Part shown: positions 1-9,416 of the stretch, piece after piece
Numbering within the stretch: position 1 is the stretch's first letter
Layout of the letters: each line of letters opens with the position of its first letter
IMG/VR virus record: IMGVR_UViG_3300049719_000183
Location: 8,486 to 72,485 of that record
Length of the DNA: 64,000 bases
Source: a virus
Strand: one strand, 5' to 3'
The notes under the pieces: model-generated
Told to the model about the DNA's origin: nothing
Databases searched by the model: none
Seen by the model: the letters and a program-made list of their open reading frames with translations, nothing else
Translations under genes and position numbers: made by a program

Positions 1-1237
1 CACCAGATGCTGTGATGGTTCCCGTGATGACTATGGCCGAGGTGGTCGTGCAGACAACGGTGTAGGAGGCGTTAGCGTTCGAGACCGGCACCGTCCATGA
101 AATCGAGGGAGGATACGCCGTGTTTGTGCCAGTAGTCAGACTGGCTACGGCTGCGCCAGTAGAGCTGAAAACAGTGAAAGTGGATCCAATCGGCATCGAG
201 CCCGAGGAGCTGCTTGCGGAGAACGTAACTGAGGGTGCCACAGAGCAGGTGGCAGTGTTAATGTAGAAGCCGTAGATGACATCACCCTGCAGTGTCGTAT
301 TGCTGACTCCCGTGAGAGTGCTGGGCTGGAGCACCGCCACGCCCGTGAACGAGGTCCAAGTCGCCTTATAGGCGTAGGGTGTGACCGTCAATGTGGCTGA
401 GGCTGAGTTGACGTTTCCAGAGCCATTGGACACGTTGCAGAAGTAGGATGAGCCGTTGAGGGAATACGGCACATTGGTCAATGTCAGTGAGGCTCCACCA
501 TTGCTTGTACCGCTGTTGATCGCGACGTTGTTTTGGTACCACTGGTAACTCAGGGGAGCTGTGCCGGAAGCCAACACGCTGAATGTGACCGAATTTCCAG
601 TAGAGATAGTCTGGTTGGAGGGATTCGAGGTGACGACGGGAGTTCCCGTGACGACCAGTACAGCGGGCAGTGAGGCGGTTGACCCGCCGGATCCCGTCAC
701 AACCACGGTGTAGGTGCCCGCATTGGCCGATGCCGCGCTGGCAATGTTGTAGCTCGATGCGGTGGCACCTCCGATGTTCACACCATTCAAGAGCCACTGG
801 TAGGTCAGCACTCCTGCGCCCGTGGCTGCCACCGTGAAGGTGTAGCTGTTGGTGGGATTGACGGTCGCTCCCACGGGCTGCGTTGTGATCTGAGGGGCTG
901 CAACTGGCGTAGGCGTGTAGGCAACGGGGCCGATGATCACCCAGGTGCTGCCGTTCCAACAGCTCAACTGTTGCGTCGTGCTATTCCAGTACAGGTAGGG
1001 GTAGGATGGGCTGGTCGGGTAGCCCGTCGAAGTGCCTGCGGCGAAGGGGAAGACAACGCTTCCCACTGTCAACCAGGTGGAACTGTTCCAGACGACGACG
1101 ATGTTGAGCGACGTGTCTGAGTAGACGAACCCATCAATGGGGTTCGAGGGTCGTTGCGCAGTCGGGCCTACACCGAACGCAATGTTGGTAGCGCCCGGAC
1201 TCTGTGTCTGTAGGAACGAACTCTGGGGGTTGGGCAT
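1..1237 (-). CDS. Immunoglobulin-domain virion protein (Hoc/fibre-like), runs off the window
   Basis: Not in the ORF track. Manual translation from ATG at 1237 (overlapping the upstream TAA) gives MPNPQSSFLQ...PQITTQPVGATVNPTNSYTFTVAATGAGVLTYQW...AGTYTVVV...PVVTSNPSNQTISTGNSVTFSVLASGTAPLSYQW, i.e. tandem Ig-like domains. Confidence 0.85.
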   Translation of the reverse strand, partial: MPNPQSSFLQTQSPGATNIAFGVGPTAQRPSNPIDGFVYSDTSLNIVVVWNSSTWLTVGSVVFPFAAGTSTGYPTSPSYPYLYWNSTTQQLSCWNGSTWVIIGPVAYTPTPVAAPQITTQPVGATVNPTNSYTFTVAATGAGVLTYQWLLNGVNIGGATASSYNIASAASANAGTYTVVVTGSGGSTASLPAVLVVTGTPVVTSNPSNQTISTGNSVTFSVLASGTAPLSYQWYQNNVAINSGTSNGGASLTLTNVPYSLNGSSYFCNVSNGSGNVNSASATLTVTPYAYKATWTSFTGVAVLQPSTLTGVSNTTLQGDVIYGFYINTATCSVAPSVTFSASSSSGSMPIGSTFTVFSSTGAAVASLTTGTNTAYPPSISWTVPVSNANASYTVVCTTTSAIVITGTITASG

Positions 1238-1692
1238 TAGGGTACCGGAAGCTCATCCTCGCGCTCTAGGGCGTCTTCCCCTTGATCCGCCGCTTCCTCG
1301 TTGCCCCCAAGGTCATACCTCTGGTGGAGGTTCTCGCCATCGCCCCCGCGTGTTTCCGTGTCTGCAGAAGGTTCTGCAGGGGCCTCATCGGGGATCACTT
1401 CCTCTTCCTCGCCAGGTCCCGGCTGCTCACCCGGCCCCTCGCCATCGAGACCATCACCGCCCTGTTCCACGGAAGCAATCGTGGGGCCGCCCTCGCCGCC
1501 ACCCTCTCCACCCTCAGGCTCATCGGCCCCTGGCGGTGGGATTCGCTTGAAATACCACTCCAAATTGGCGGCTATCTCGTCCACCATGGCTCCGCTGCCG
1601 CGGCATGCGAGGTCATAGATGGCTTTCAGCTCTCCAAAGGACAGCTCGACGGTGTAGTTGTTGAACGTCTCTGACTTCTTTTTGACAATCAC
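1237..1692 (-). CDS. Acidic hypothetical protein
   Basis: ORF with E/D/G/P-rich C-terminus; TAGTTA on minus strand at 1712-1717; stop overlaps the next start. Confidence 0.7.
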   Translation of the reverse strand: MIVKKKSETFNNYTVELSFGELKAIYDLACRGSGAMVDEIAANLEWYFKRIPPPGADEPEGGEGGGEGGPTIASVEQGGDGLDGEGPGEQPGPGEEEEVIPDEAPAEPSADTETRGGDGENLHQRYDLGGNEEAADQGEDALEREDELPVP

Positions 1693-1736
1693 GGTGGGGA
1701 AGTTGTTCTCCTAACTACCCTAGGTTCTCAACATAG

Positions 1737-2870
1737 GTGCACCTCATCACATTCGCTCAATCGGTAAGTTTCCGCTACGTCAAATCAGCGGGCACTTACA
1801 TGTTTACGGCCATGCCGAGGGTGCCCTACGTTTTCTCCTTCTCCCAGTTCGAGGCCATCAACAACACGGAGAAGATCAGGGACCTGCTGGTATCTGACAG
1901 CCTATTCTGGCCCCGTCTGCCCGCCTTCACGGTGCGCCCCACAGGTGGCCGGGGTGAGACAGTGCTGTTTTTCACGGGCGCAGGCGGGTATGGGGACCAG
2001 ATCATGGCGTGGCCTGTGGCCAAGTTTCTGCATGACATGGGCTATCGTGTTCACGTCCTGTGTGACCCGGGCAATGACCACTTATGGGGATGGTTCCCCT
2101 GGGTGGCAGGTGTGAAAGTGATGCCCCTGTCACTTGCCGAAATGGAGGAGTTCGATCATCTGGCCCTCTATGCCTATGTCACAAATGTGGACGAACATGA
2201 GGGGCAGCCACACCCCACGGACCACCTGTTCCGAATGGTGGGCATTGATCCATCCACCATCCCACCAGAGAAAAAAAGGGTGCCTCCACCGTTGAGTTTT
2301 GGACAGCTGAGTGTGCGTGCCGGTGCACCCGAGAACCTGGGCCTCATCCAGCTGAGCGGCTCTAATTTTGTCCGCAGGCCCATGCCAGACAGATTGGCAA
2401 GGATGCTCACGAAACTCATCACCGAGGTGCCGATGAACTGGCTGGGATTGCACGATGTGGACGATGAGCACATGGCTGCGGCGAGGAAAGTGGCCGAGGA
2501 ACATCCCAAGCTATTGCAGGTACGGTTGAACGTTTCCTTTGATGAGTTCGTAGGCCTCACCGCTGCCGCCAAGATAACGGTAGGTCCTGACAGCTTCCTG
2601 ACACACTTGCGGGGCTCCATGGGGCTGCCAGGTGTGAGCGTCTTTGGCACTCACCATCCAGGTATTCGCACCCGCTACTACCCCGAAATGGTGTCAGTGT
2701 GGGAGCGACAAGTGTGCCCAAGTTCTCCCTGTCTCGTTTTTCGCCGAGCTTTTCCAAGATACTTGTGCCCTCCCTCAGCTGGACCACGACAGGAGTGTGC
2801 CGTGGTGGCTGCTGGGTACGATGTTGTTACAGATACAGTTAAGAAGGTTCTTTCAGGGGTGAAAGGTTGA
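1737..2870 (+). CDS. Glycosyltransferase, GT9/heptosyltransferase-like (GT-B)
   Basis: GGYGDQIMAWP; VGPDSFLTHLRGSMGLPGVSVFGT; C-terminal CPSSPC cysteine cluster. Confidence 0.8.
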   Translation: MHLITFAQSVSFRYVKSAGTYMFTAMPRVPYVFSFSQFEAINNTEKIRDLLVSDSLFWPRLPAFTVRPTGGRGETVLFFTGAGGYGDQIMAWPVAKFLHDMGYRVHVLCDPGNDHLWGWFPWVAGVKVMPLSLAEMEEFDHLALYAYVTNVDEHEGQPHPTDHLFRMVGIDPSTIPPEKKRVPPPLSFGQLSVRAGAPENLGLIQLSGSNFVRRPMPDRLARMLTKLITEVPMNWLGLHDVDDEHMAAARKVAEEHPKLLQVRLNVSFDEFVGLTAAAKITVGPDSFLTHLRGSMGLPGVSVFGTHHPGIRTRYYPEMVSVWERQVCPSSPCLVFRRAFPRYLCPPSAGPRQECAVVAAGYDVVTDTVKKVLSGVKG

Positions 2871-2913
2871 TTGTTGTTTACAACATGTGTAAATCCTGTA
2901 TTGTAGGTAAGGT

Positions 2914-3534
2914 ATGAATCTAACGCAGTATGCTCATGACCACCTGGTGAAGGGGGTTACGAGCCTGTCCAAAGGACCTGAGGACAAATGGCTGCCCCCT
3001 GCGTTCAGTTTCGTGAGCGGCGTTAACGACGGCTACATGACTGACTTGCTCATCTACAAGTTCACGTCGCTCGATAATAGGGACATGTCTCTGGTGCCCA
3101 CACTATTGAGGCTGTTGGTTGTGAAAGCGTCCCTCTCACTCCACAAGGAGCAGGCACACGATGTCAGGGCTTGCTGTTTCTTCCCCTTCGCCTTTTCCCC
3201 GAAGGAGCAGGTGGTGGGCGCTGAGATACTGTTCACGCCTGAGAGCGTTCGCTACCGCCACTACACCCTGAGCCAAAAACCCGAGGGGATCAATCTGACT
3301 ATCAGCCTCAAAGATCAGGCCCTCGGGGACAGTCCAGAAGCTCTCCAAACGGTTATCAATCGCATGAACCCGTTCATGTTCCTGAAGCTGAGTGATGAGG
3401 GGATGATGGCCGCTTTCAGCCCTGTCCTTTTGCCCGATGGACCCTATCTGACGGGAGCGTCTGGTAACGTCGATGATGACATCTACAAGATCGCCGGGGG
3501 TATCGGCCATAGTGTGGTGGAGGTCACCCCATGA
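2914..3534 (+). CDS. Hypothetical protein
   Basis: 206-aa ORF downstream of TGTTTACA (2875) promoter-like element. Confidence 0.65.
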   Translation: MNLTQYAHDHLVKGVTSLSKGPEDKWLPPAFSFVSGVNDGYMTDLLIYKFTSLDNRDMSLVPTLLRLLVVKASLSLHKEQAHDVRACCFFPFAFSPKEQVVGAEILFTPESVRYRHYTLSQKPEGINLTISLKDQALGDSPEALQTVINRMNPFMFLKLSDEGMMAAFSPVLLPDGPYLTGASGNVDDDIYKIAGGIGHSVVEVTP

Positions 3535-3812
3535 GCAGAAAAGAAGCAGCCGCATTAGCCGCAATCAGGAGATCAGAGTTAAGGATCAAGTGGATAGAGA
3601 TCATCAAGTCGGAGATGGCCTCAGGTGAGTCCTCCAAAGATGCTCTTGTGGCAGCAGCCCGTGACATGCTCGATCTCCAGAAAAAGAACCCCTCAGGGGC
3701 ATCCGAAGTTGGTCGTGCATGGACCGAATTTCGCATACAGATAAAGAGTTCCGTGGCACGAGGTCCTTCCGAGATGGGCACCAATTCTGACTTGGGGTCA
3801 GCGGTATCGTGA
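3531..3812 (+). CDS. Hypothetical protein
   Basis: ATGA overlap with upstream gene. Confidence 0.55.
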   Translation: MSRKEAAALAAIRRSELRIKWIEIIKSEMASGESSKDALVAAARDMLDLQKKNPSGASEVGRAWTEFRIQIKSSVARGPSEMGTNSDLGSAVS

Positions 3813-3824
3813 TTCTCAGGGGGT

Positions 3825-6677
3825 GTGATCACCCTCAAGGAGACTGCCACCCGTCTGATAGCTGCAGGACCGAAGGCCGAGACAAGCCTCATCATAGATC
3901 ACTTTCGTTTTCAGCCTCCCGATTACTGGAGGAGCCCTCGTTATCAACTTTACAGGGAGACTGGCGGCGAACGGGGCTGGAACGGCTACGTCTACCCGGC
4001 GCAGCGCCAGAAGGATGGTTCAGTGGTTCTCGGTCGCGGTCACAAGGACGAACTTCTGAGTTTGCTGGAGGTGGAGGGCGTTCAAGTTGATGGCGAGCGC
4101 CTCCTGGAGAGTCCATTTCAGTCACTCACTCCAGATGACATTCCAGACGATCTCCTGCCCGGGTTCGAGCACGAGCTAACGCATGATCAGAGGGCCTGTG
4201 TCCTGACGTTGCTGAGGTACAGCTTCGGATGTGTGCGTGTGTCAGTGTCTGGAGGCAAGACGGCCATCTTTTTCGCACTGGCAGCCATGATCAAGAGCCG
4301 ACACCCGAAGGCCCGTTGCCTGTATCTGGTGCCCACGGAGCGCCTGGTGAAGCAGGTGACCAAGGAGGGCCGGAAGTTTCTCCCCGACTGGCACATCACC
4401 CAATTCGGTGGTGATGAGAAGGACAGCACGGGTGCCGATGTGGTGGTTGCCACGGTGGCGACACTCAACAAGCGCTACAAGTACCTGCTCCTCGACAACT
4501 GGTTCAAGACGTTCATGGTGCTGCTGGTGGATGAATGTTTTCCCTGCAACACTCAGGTAAATGGACGGTGCATTTCTGACATTTTACCCGGCGATAGGGT
4601 TCCCTCCTGCAACCACCAGACAGGTTGCATTGAATTACGCAAAGTAACGCGCATTTTTAGGTCAAAACCCTCTGCAATGTGTCGTCTTACACTATCAAAT
4701 GGTAAAACCCTACTCTGCACCCCGGGACATCCCCTGTGGACGGGAACCAGGTACACACCAGCTATACTATGTTTAGGAGAGAAGATGGTGTACTTAATAA
4801 ATGATAAAGAAGATAATAGAGGGTCACTCGGAGTGTGTAGTTTGCCACGCTATGGCAGAGGTGAGATACGACAAGAAACCCTATTATCGGAGCCCCCAAG
4901 CAGTGTACGGGGGTCAGTTTGTGTGCTCCGGCGCCTGCAAACAGAAACGACGCAGAAATCTTGTGCGGAAGGCCCGGAACACATCCAGCTATGTGATAAA
5001 AAAATTGGTTGTTATCTGCAACAACTGTGGGAAGCCTGTAAATTGTCGTGGAGGACGGTCAAAACTTCCCTACTATCAACGGTTGGGGGCTGCTCGGAAG
5101 GGGCGTGCCTATTGTTCAGAAGAATGCAAGAAAGCTTGGTCCACCTCCCGTTGGTCTTCTACTATGAGACGAACAAATATACGGGATCGTGCCATTATTT
5201 CGGCTCGAATGAAGACAAACAACCCCTCCTCAGACCCAGAAATCTCAGCCAGAATAGGGCAAAAATTGAAGGGGCGTGCAATGGCTCTTCGTGCTGGAAA
5301 TGGCTGGGGGTTCACAAAGTGGCAACTTATTTTGAACGAAGCTCTAAAGTTGGAGAACTTATCCACAGAATTGGAGTTTCCGGTCCCATTCCATCACCAC
5401 ATACCTGCGGAGGGCGAGCCTCCTCCCCCAAAATGCCACATGATAGACATTGCGCTACCTCTGTTAAAGATAGCGATAGAGGTGGACGGGAACAGCCACA
5501 GAACCCTTCAACAGAAGACGAGGGACTCTTGGAAGACTCGACGTTTGAAAGAATTAGGGTGGATCGTGTTGAGATTTTGGAACAGTCAGGTGGAGCGACA
5601 CACATCGCTGTGTGTCCAGACGGTTTTGTCTACAATATCGAAGTTGAGGGAAACCACAATTACTTCGCCAACGGCGTCCTAGTTCATAATTGCCACCACC
5701 TGTCATCGGGCAAGACGTGGCAGACCATCGTTACCAGCGTACCTGCCTTTTATAGATTTGGGGCCAGTGACGGGTTGAAGAACGAGCGCAAGGACGATCT
5801 TCAATTGGGCATCACCCTGCGTGGCTTCCTGGGTCCTGAGCGACATGAAGTGAGTCTGCTGCCACTCATCAACAACTCGCTTGTGGCGAAGCCCTACATC
5901 TATCTCGTGGATGTGCCCGAATGGAACAAGCGATTTGACGACTTACCTCACACAGCCGAGGCAGGATCCATCGCCTGGGCTGTCATCGACGGAGATTGGA
6001 AGCAGGGAACGTACATTTGCCCTGCCTCTGACGAGGATGAGGATGGTGATGACATCCGTCGTCTAGGCTGGCAGCGTGTCATGATCGATGGCGAGGAGGT
6101 GGAGGTGGAGAGTCGTTGGTGCCTCCTCAGAAGGGCCTATGATGAAGGCATAGTTCGCTTCAAGGAGCGCAACACTTTCGTCGTGAATTGGGCGAAACAC
6201 TTCTCGGACCAGGGCAAGCCCACGCTCGTGGTGGCTACCAGGACGGCTCACGTCTACATCCTGCAGACGATGATGGAGGCGGCAGGGCTGCAGCCGAAAG
6301 TGCTGACAGGCATGTCCACCTCGAAGGAGCGGGATGAGACGTTCGAGTGGCTGGTCAACACAACCGGCTCCATACTCATCAGTCCCATCGTGAAAGAAGG
6401 CGTGTCACTGCCCGAGCTGCGGGCGGGCATTGTGGCTGATCCTGTGGCCTCACCAGATCTGGCCCGTCAGATCATAGGCCGCTTCATCCGCACGAAGAAG
6501 ACAGGATCCAACGAGGCCGAAGTGGTGATGTTCATCGACCGCCAGTACAAGTCGGCCAGGTATAACAGCATGGCCCTGATCAAGCAGTTGGAGAAAATAC
6601 GGGGCTATAGCTTCTACTACCCCTGCCAGGGTCCTGACAAAATCGGCCCACTTTTCGAGGCCGTGTCGATGTTCTAG
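3825..6677 (+). CDS. uvsW: SF2 DNA helicase, UvsW-like, interrupted by an intein
   Basis: Walker A VSGGKT, LYLVPT, DE|CH Walker B split by the intein, FGAS, EGVSLPEL, QIIGRFIR. Confidence 0.85.
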   Translation: MITLKETATRLIAAGPKAETSLIIDHFRFQPPDYWRSPRYQLYRETGGERGWNGYVYPAQRQKDGSVVLGRGHKDELLSLLEVEGVQVDGERLLESPFQSLTPDDIPDDLLPGFEHELTHDQRACVLTLLRYSFGCVRVSVSGGKTAIFFALAAMIKSRHPKARCLYLVPTERLVKQVTKEGRKFLPDWHITQFGGDEKDSTGADVVVATVATLNKRYKYLLLDNWFKTFMVLLVDECFPCNTQVNGRCISDILPGDRVPSCNHQTGCIELRKVTRIFRSKPSAMCRLTLSNGKTLLCTPGHPLWTGTRYTPAILCLGEKMVYLINDKEDNRGSLGVCSLPRYGRGEIRQETLLSEPPSSVRGSVCVLRRLQTETTQKSCAEGPEHIQLCDKKIGCYLQQLWEACKLSWRTVKTSLLSTVGGCSEGACLLFRRMQESLVHLPLVFYYETNKYTGSCHYFGSNEDKQPLLRPRNLSQNRAKIEGACNGSSCWKWLGVHKVATYFERSSKVGELIHRIGVSGPIPSPHTCGGRASSPKMPHDRHCATSVKDSDRGGREQPQNPSTEDEGLLEDSTFERIRVDRVEILEQSGGATHIAVCPDGFVYNIEVEGNHNYFANGVLVHNCHHLSSGKTWQTIVTSVPAFYRFGASDGLKNERKDDLQLGITLRGFLGPERHEVSLLPLINNSLVAKPYIYLVDVPEWNKRFDDLPHTAEAGSIAWAVIDGDWKQGTYICPASDEDEDGDDIRRLGWQRVMIDGEEVEVESRWCLLRRAYDEGIVRFKERNTFVVNWAKHFSDQGKPTLVVATRTAHVYILQTMMEAAGLQPKVLTGMSTSKERDETFEWLVNTTGSILISPIVKEGVSLPELRAGIVADPVASPDLARQIIGRFIRTKKTGSNEAEVVMFIDRQYKSARYNSMALIKQLEKIRGYSFYYPCQGPDKIGPLFEAVSMF
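4536..5690 (+). mobile_element. Intein (385 aa) inserted in the helicase DECH motif
   Basis: Starts CFPCNTQV; block B LLCTPGHPLW; ends VYNIEVEGNHNYFANGVLVHN followed by extein Cys; visibly more AT-rich than its flanks. Confidence 0.93.
4801..5682 (+). CDS. Zn-finger plus DUF559/Vsr-like endonuclease nested out of frame inside the intein
   Basis: CxxC pairs; YCSEEC; NNPSSDPE (NUMOD-like); IDIALPLLKIAIEVDGNSH...RD..L.ELGWIVLRFWN; AGGAG and TATACT upstream. Confidence 0.85.
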   Translation: MIKKIIEGHSECVVCHAMAEVRYDKKPYYRSPQAVYGGQFVCSGACKQKRRRNLVRKARNTSSYVIKKLVVICNNCGKPVNCRGGRSKLPYYQRLGAARKGRAYCSEECKKAWSTSRWSSTMRRTNIRDRAIISARMKTNNPSSDPEISARIGQKLKGRAMALRAGNGWGFTKWQLILNEALKLENLSTELEFPVPFHHHIPAEGEPPPPKCHMIDIALPLLKIAIEVDGNSHRTLQQKTRDSWKTRRLKELGWIVLRFWNSQVERHTSLCVQTVLSTISKLRETTITSPTAS

Positions 6678-6766
6678 TTAGACTGCGCCACACCCATAGG
6701 ACAATAGGGATAGCCCCATGAGCACCCGTCCACACGTCAGTAGCGAACCGGCGCACCTAGTAACGG

Positions 6767-6836
6767 CCCGGCAGGAGGCGGGACTGGTGGACAGCCACAT
6801 CAGCTCGAAAGTCACAATCCTCCTGCCGGGTTTCTT
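6767..6836 (+). other. 12-bp inverted repeat followed by T-rich run (structured leader or attenuator)
   Basis: CCCGGCAGGAGG (6767-6778) pairs with CCTCCTGCCGGG (6819-6830), then TTTCTT. Confidence 0.55.
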
Positions 6837-6874
6837 GCTGTTCTGGGAGTGGCAATGCCAAAACGTAAGACACT

Positions 6875-7699
<825 letters not shown>

Positions 7700-7743
7700 T
7701 GTTTACACCGTCCGAAACAGGCTTTTCCTAGTTCTCTGACGCC

Positions 7744-8565
7744 ATGAGACCCGACATGCCTCGCATCGTGCATCAGACGTACTCCAAGAAGTACGCGAGC
7801 AGCAAGGAGAACCCCCTGCGGAAGATCCACGACATTGAGGAGATGCCTGCCAAGGAGAGCATGGGCCTCAAGTTCCGCAAGGACAAGAAGCAGAAAGGCC
7901 TAAAGACCAGCCCGTTCTACCGCTGGCTGCACAAGCAGGTGGGCCGACCGTGGGACAAGGTGTGGCACGAGGTGTGTGCTGTTGAGGCTGTTGAGCACAA
8001 GAAGATTCCATCCGTCGATTCACACTGGCACTTTGGTGAGGGCCTGCGTGACATGGTCGATTGGTGGGTGGAACGCCACGTCCTGAGGATGGAGGGCAAC
8101 GTCCCCTACGACTATCGGTTCGGCAGGTATGGCCCCATCATCAGCAAGCTCTATGTTCATCCGGTGAGCGGCCTGCTTTGTGAGTACATCCCCGACAAGA
8201 TTCAGCCGAAGGTGGAACCCCTTACATTCAAGGTGATCACGGAGAGCATCCTCAAACCCGTGCCCCTGGAGGAGAAGCACAAGTCCGAAGACAACAAGGT
8301 TACCATCCAGCGTGGAGTGGTGAAAATTAGTGAGAAGGCCGTGTACGCCAACCCTGTGGACCGGGTGGCCTATCGCATCGCCCTGCGCAAGATCAAGGGC
8401 CTCTGGTACGAGACCGATGAGTACGAGGTGATTCCCTCGCAATGGCTGAGGAGAGACCACAAGGGCAATACCTACCATGTGCCTTTCTGGGCCAAGAACG
8501 CTGCCGTCATCCTCAAAAAGAGGCAACTCAACACAAAGGAACTGAAGAAGTTCGGATTCAAATGA
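7744..8565 (+). CDS. Basic hypothetical protein
   Basis: RWLHKQVGRPWDKVWHE motif; GTTCT-N8-ATG upstream. Confidence 0.7.
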   Translation: MRPDMPRIVHQTYSKKYASSKENPLRKIHDIEEMPAKESMGLKFRKDKKQKGLKTSPFYRWLHKQVGRPWDKVWHEVCAVEAVEHKKIPSVDSHWHFGEGLRDMVDWWVERHVLRMEGNVPYDYRFGRYGPIISKLYVHPVSGLLCEYIPDKIQPKVEPLTFKVITESILKPVPLEEKHKSEDNKVTIQRGVVKISEKAVYANPVDRVAYRIALRKIKGLWYETDEYEVIPSQWLRRDHKGNTYHVPFWAKNAAVILKKRQLNTKELKKFGFK

Positions 8566-8984
8566 ACCTCGACAGAGAAAAGAGCCCCCACCAGGGAGAG
8601 CACAGCAAGAAAAAGGGCTGTTGCTGCGGAGGCCACAACGCCTCCAACGCCAAGAAGTCACTCACCCACCACTCCACTCGCAGCCGCTTGCAGGTTCGAC
8701 GCGAGAGGAAGTTTGTGAGTGAGCCTCCCTCAGAGTATGACCAGTATGTTCACGCTTGGGAAACCCGTAGCTAAGTGTGCGAGATGACATCACAAAGATA
8801 CCGGGTACGACCCTTGGACGCAAGTACGCCCGCATGAAGGGTGGTGGAGGCAAGAAGCAGGCTGACCTGTTTGGATCGCTGCAGGCTGACACTGTGGGCA
8901 AGACTCTGAACTCACCTATGCGGTCGGACAACGTGGGCGAGTACACGGACGGCAAGAAACTTCCCGAGTCAATTCGCCGCATTC

Positions 8985-9416
8985 TTGGCAGATAACATGG
9001 TCAAGGCCTACCTGCGCAGACCCACCCGTCGTCAGAGACGTGTGGCTGAGAAATCGAAGGTGGCTGAGAGTCGCCGGAAGTACATGAATCAGTTGATTCC
9101 AAAGGTGGGTCCTGAGGACACGGTGGACTGGAAGGAGTACGAATATGGTGTGCTACACGGGCTATGGAGTCAGCCTGATGAACGCTCTCGCTACTGGCCT
9201 CTGGTGAACAGCCTTGCACGGAGGCAGGGGACCCACTTCAGGACCCTACGTCCAGAGACACGGAAGTACATGGCGGTTGTCCAGCGTTTGCTCAACGAAG
9301 GGCTGGTATATCGCTCCTGCAGGCCCATGAACGAACTGGTGCTCACCTTGCAAGGCAGCGAGCGCCTGCGAGAACTGGCAGGCATCCGACCTAAGGCTAG
9401 TTCGTCAGACCGTTGA
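8985..9416 (+). CDS. Hypothetical protein, possible winged-helix C-terminus
   Basis: VVQRLLNEGLVYR...LVLTLQG. Confidence 0.5.
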   Translation: MADNMVKAYLRRPTRRQRRVAEKSKVAESRRKYMNQLIPKVGPEDTVDWKEYEYGVLHGLWSQPDERSRYWPLVNSLARRQGTHFRTLRPETRKYMAVVQRLLNEGLVYRSCRPMNELVLTLQGSERLRELAGIRPKASSSDR

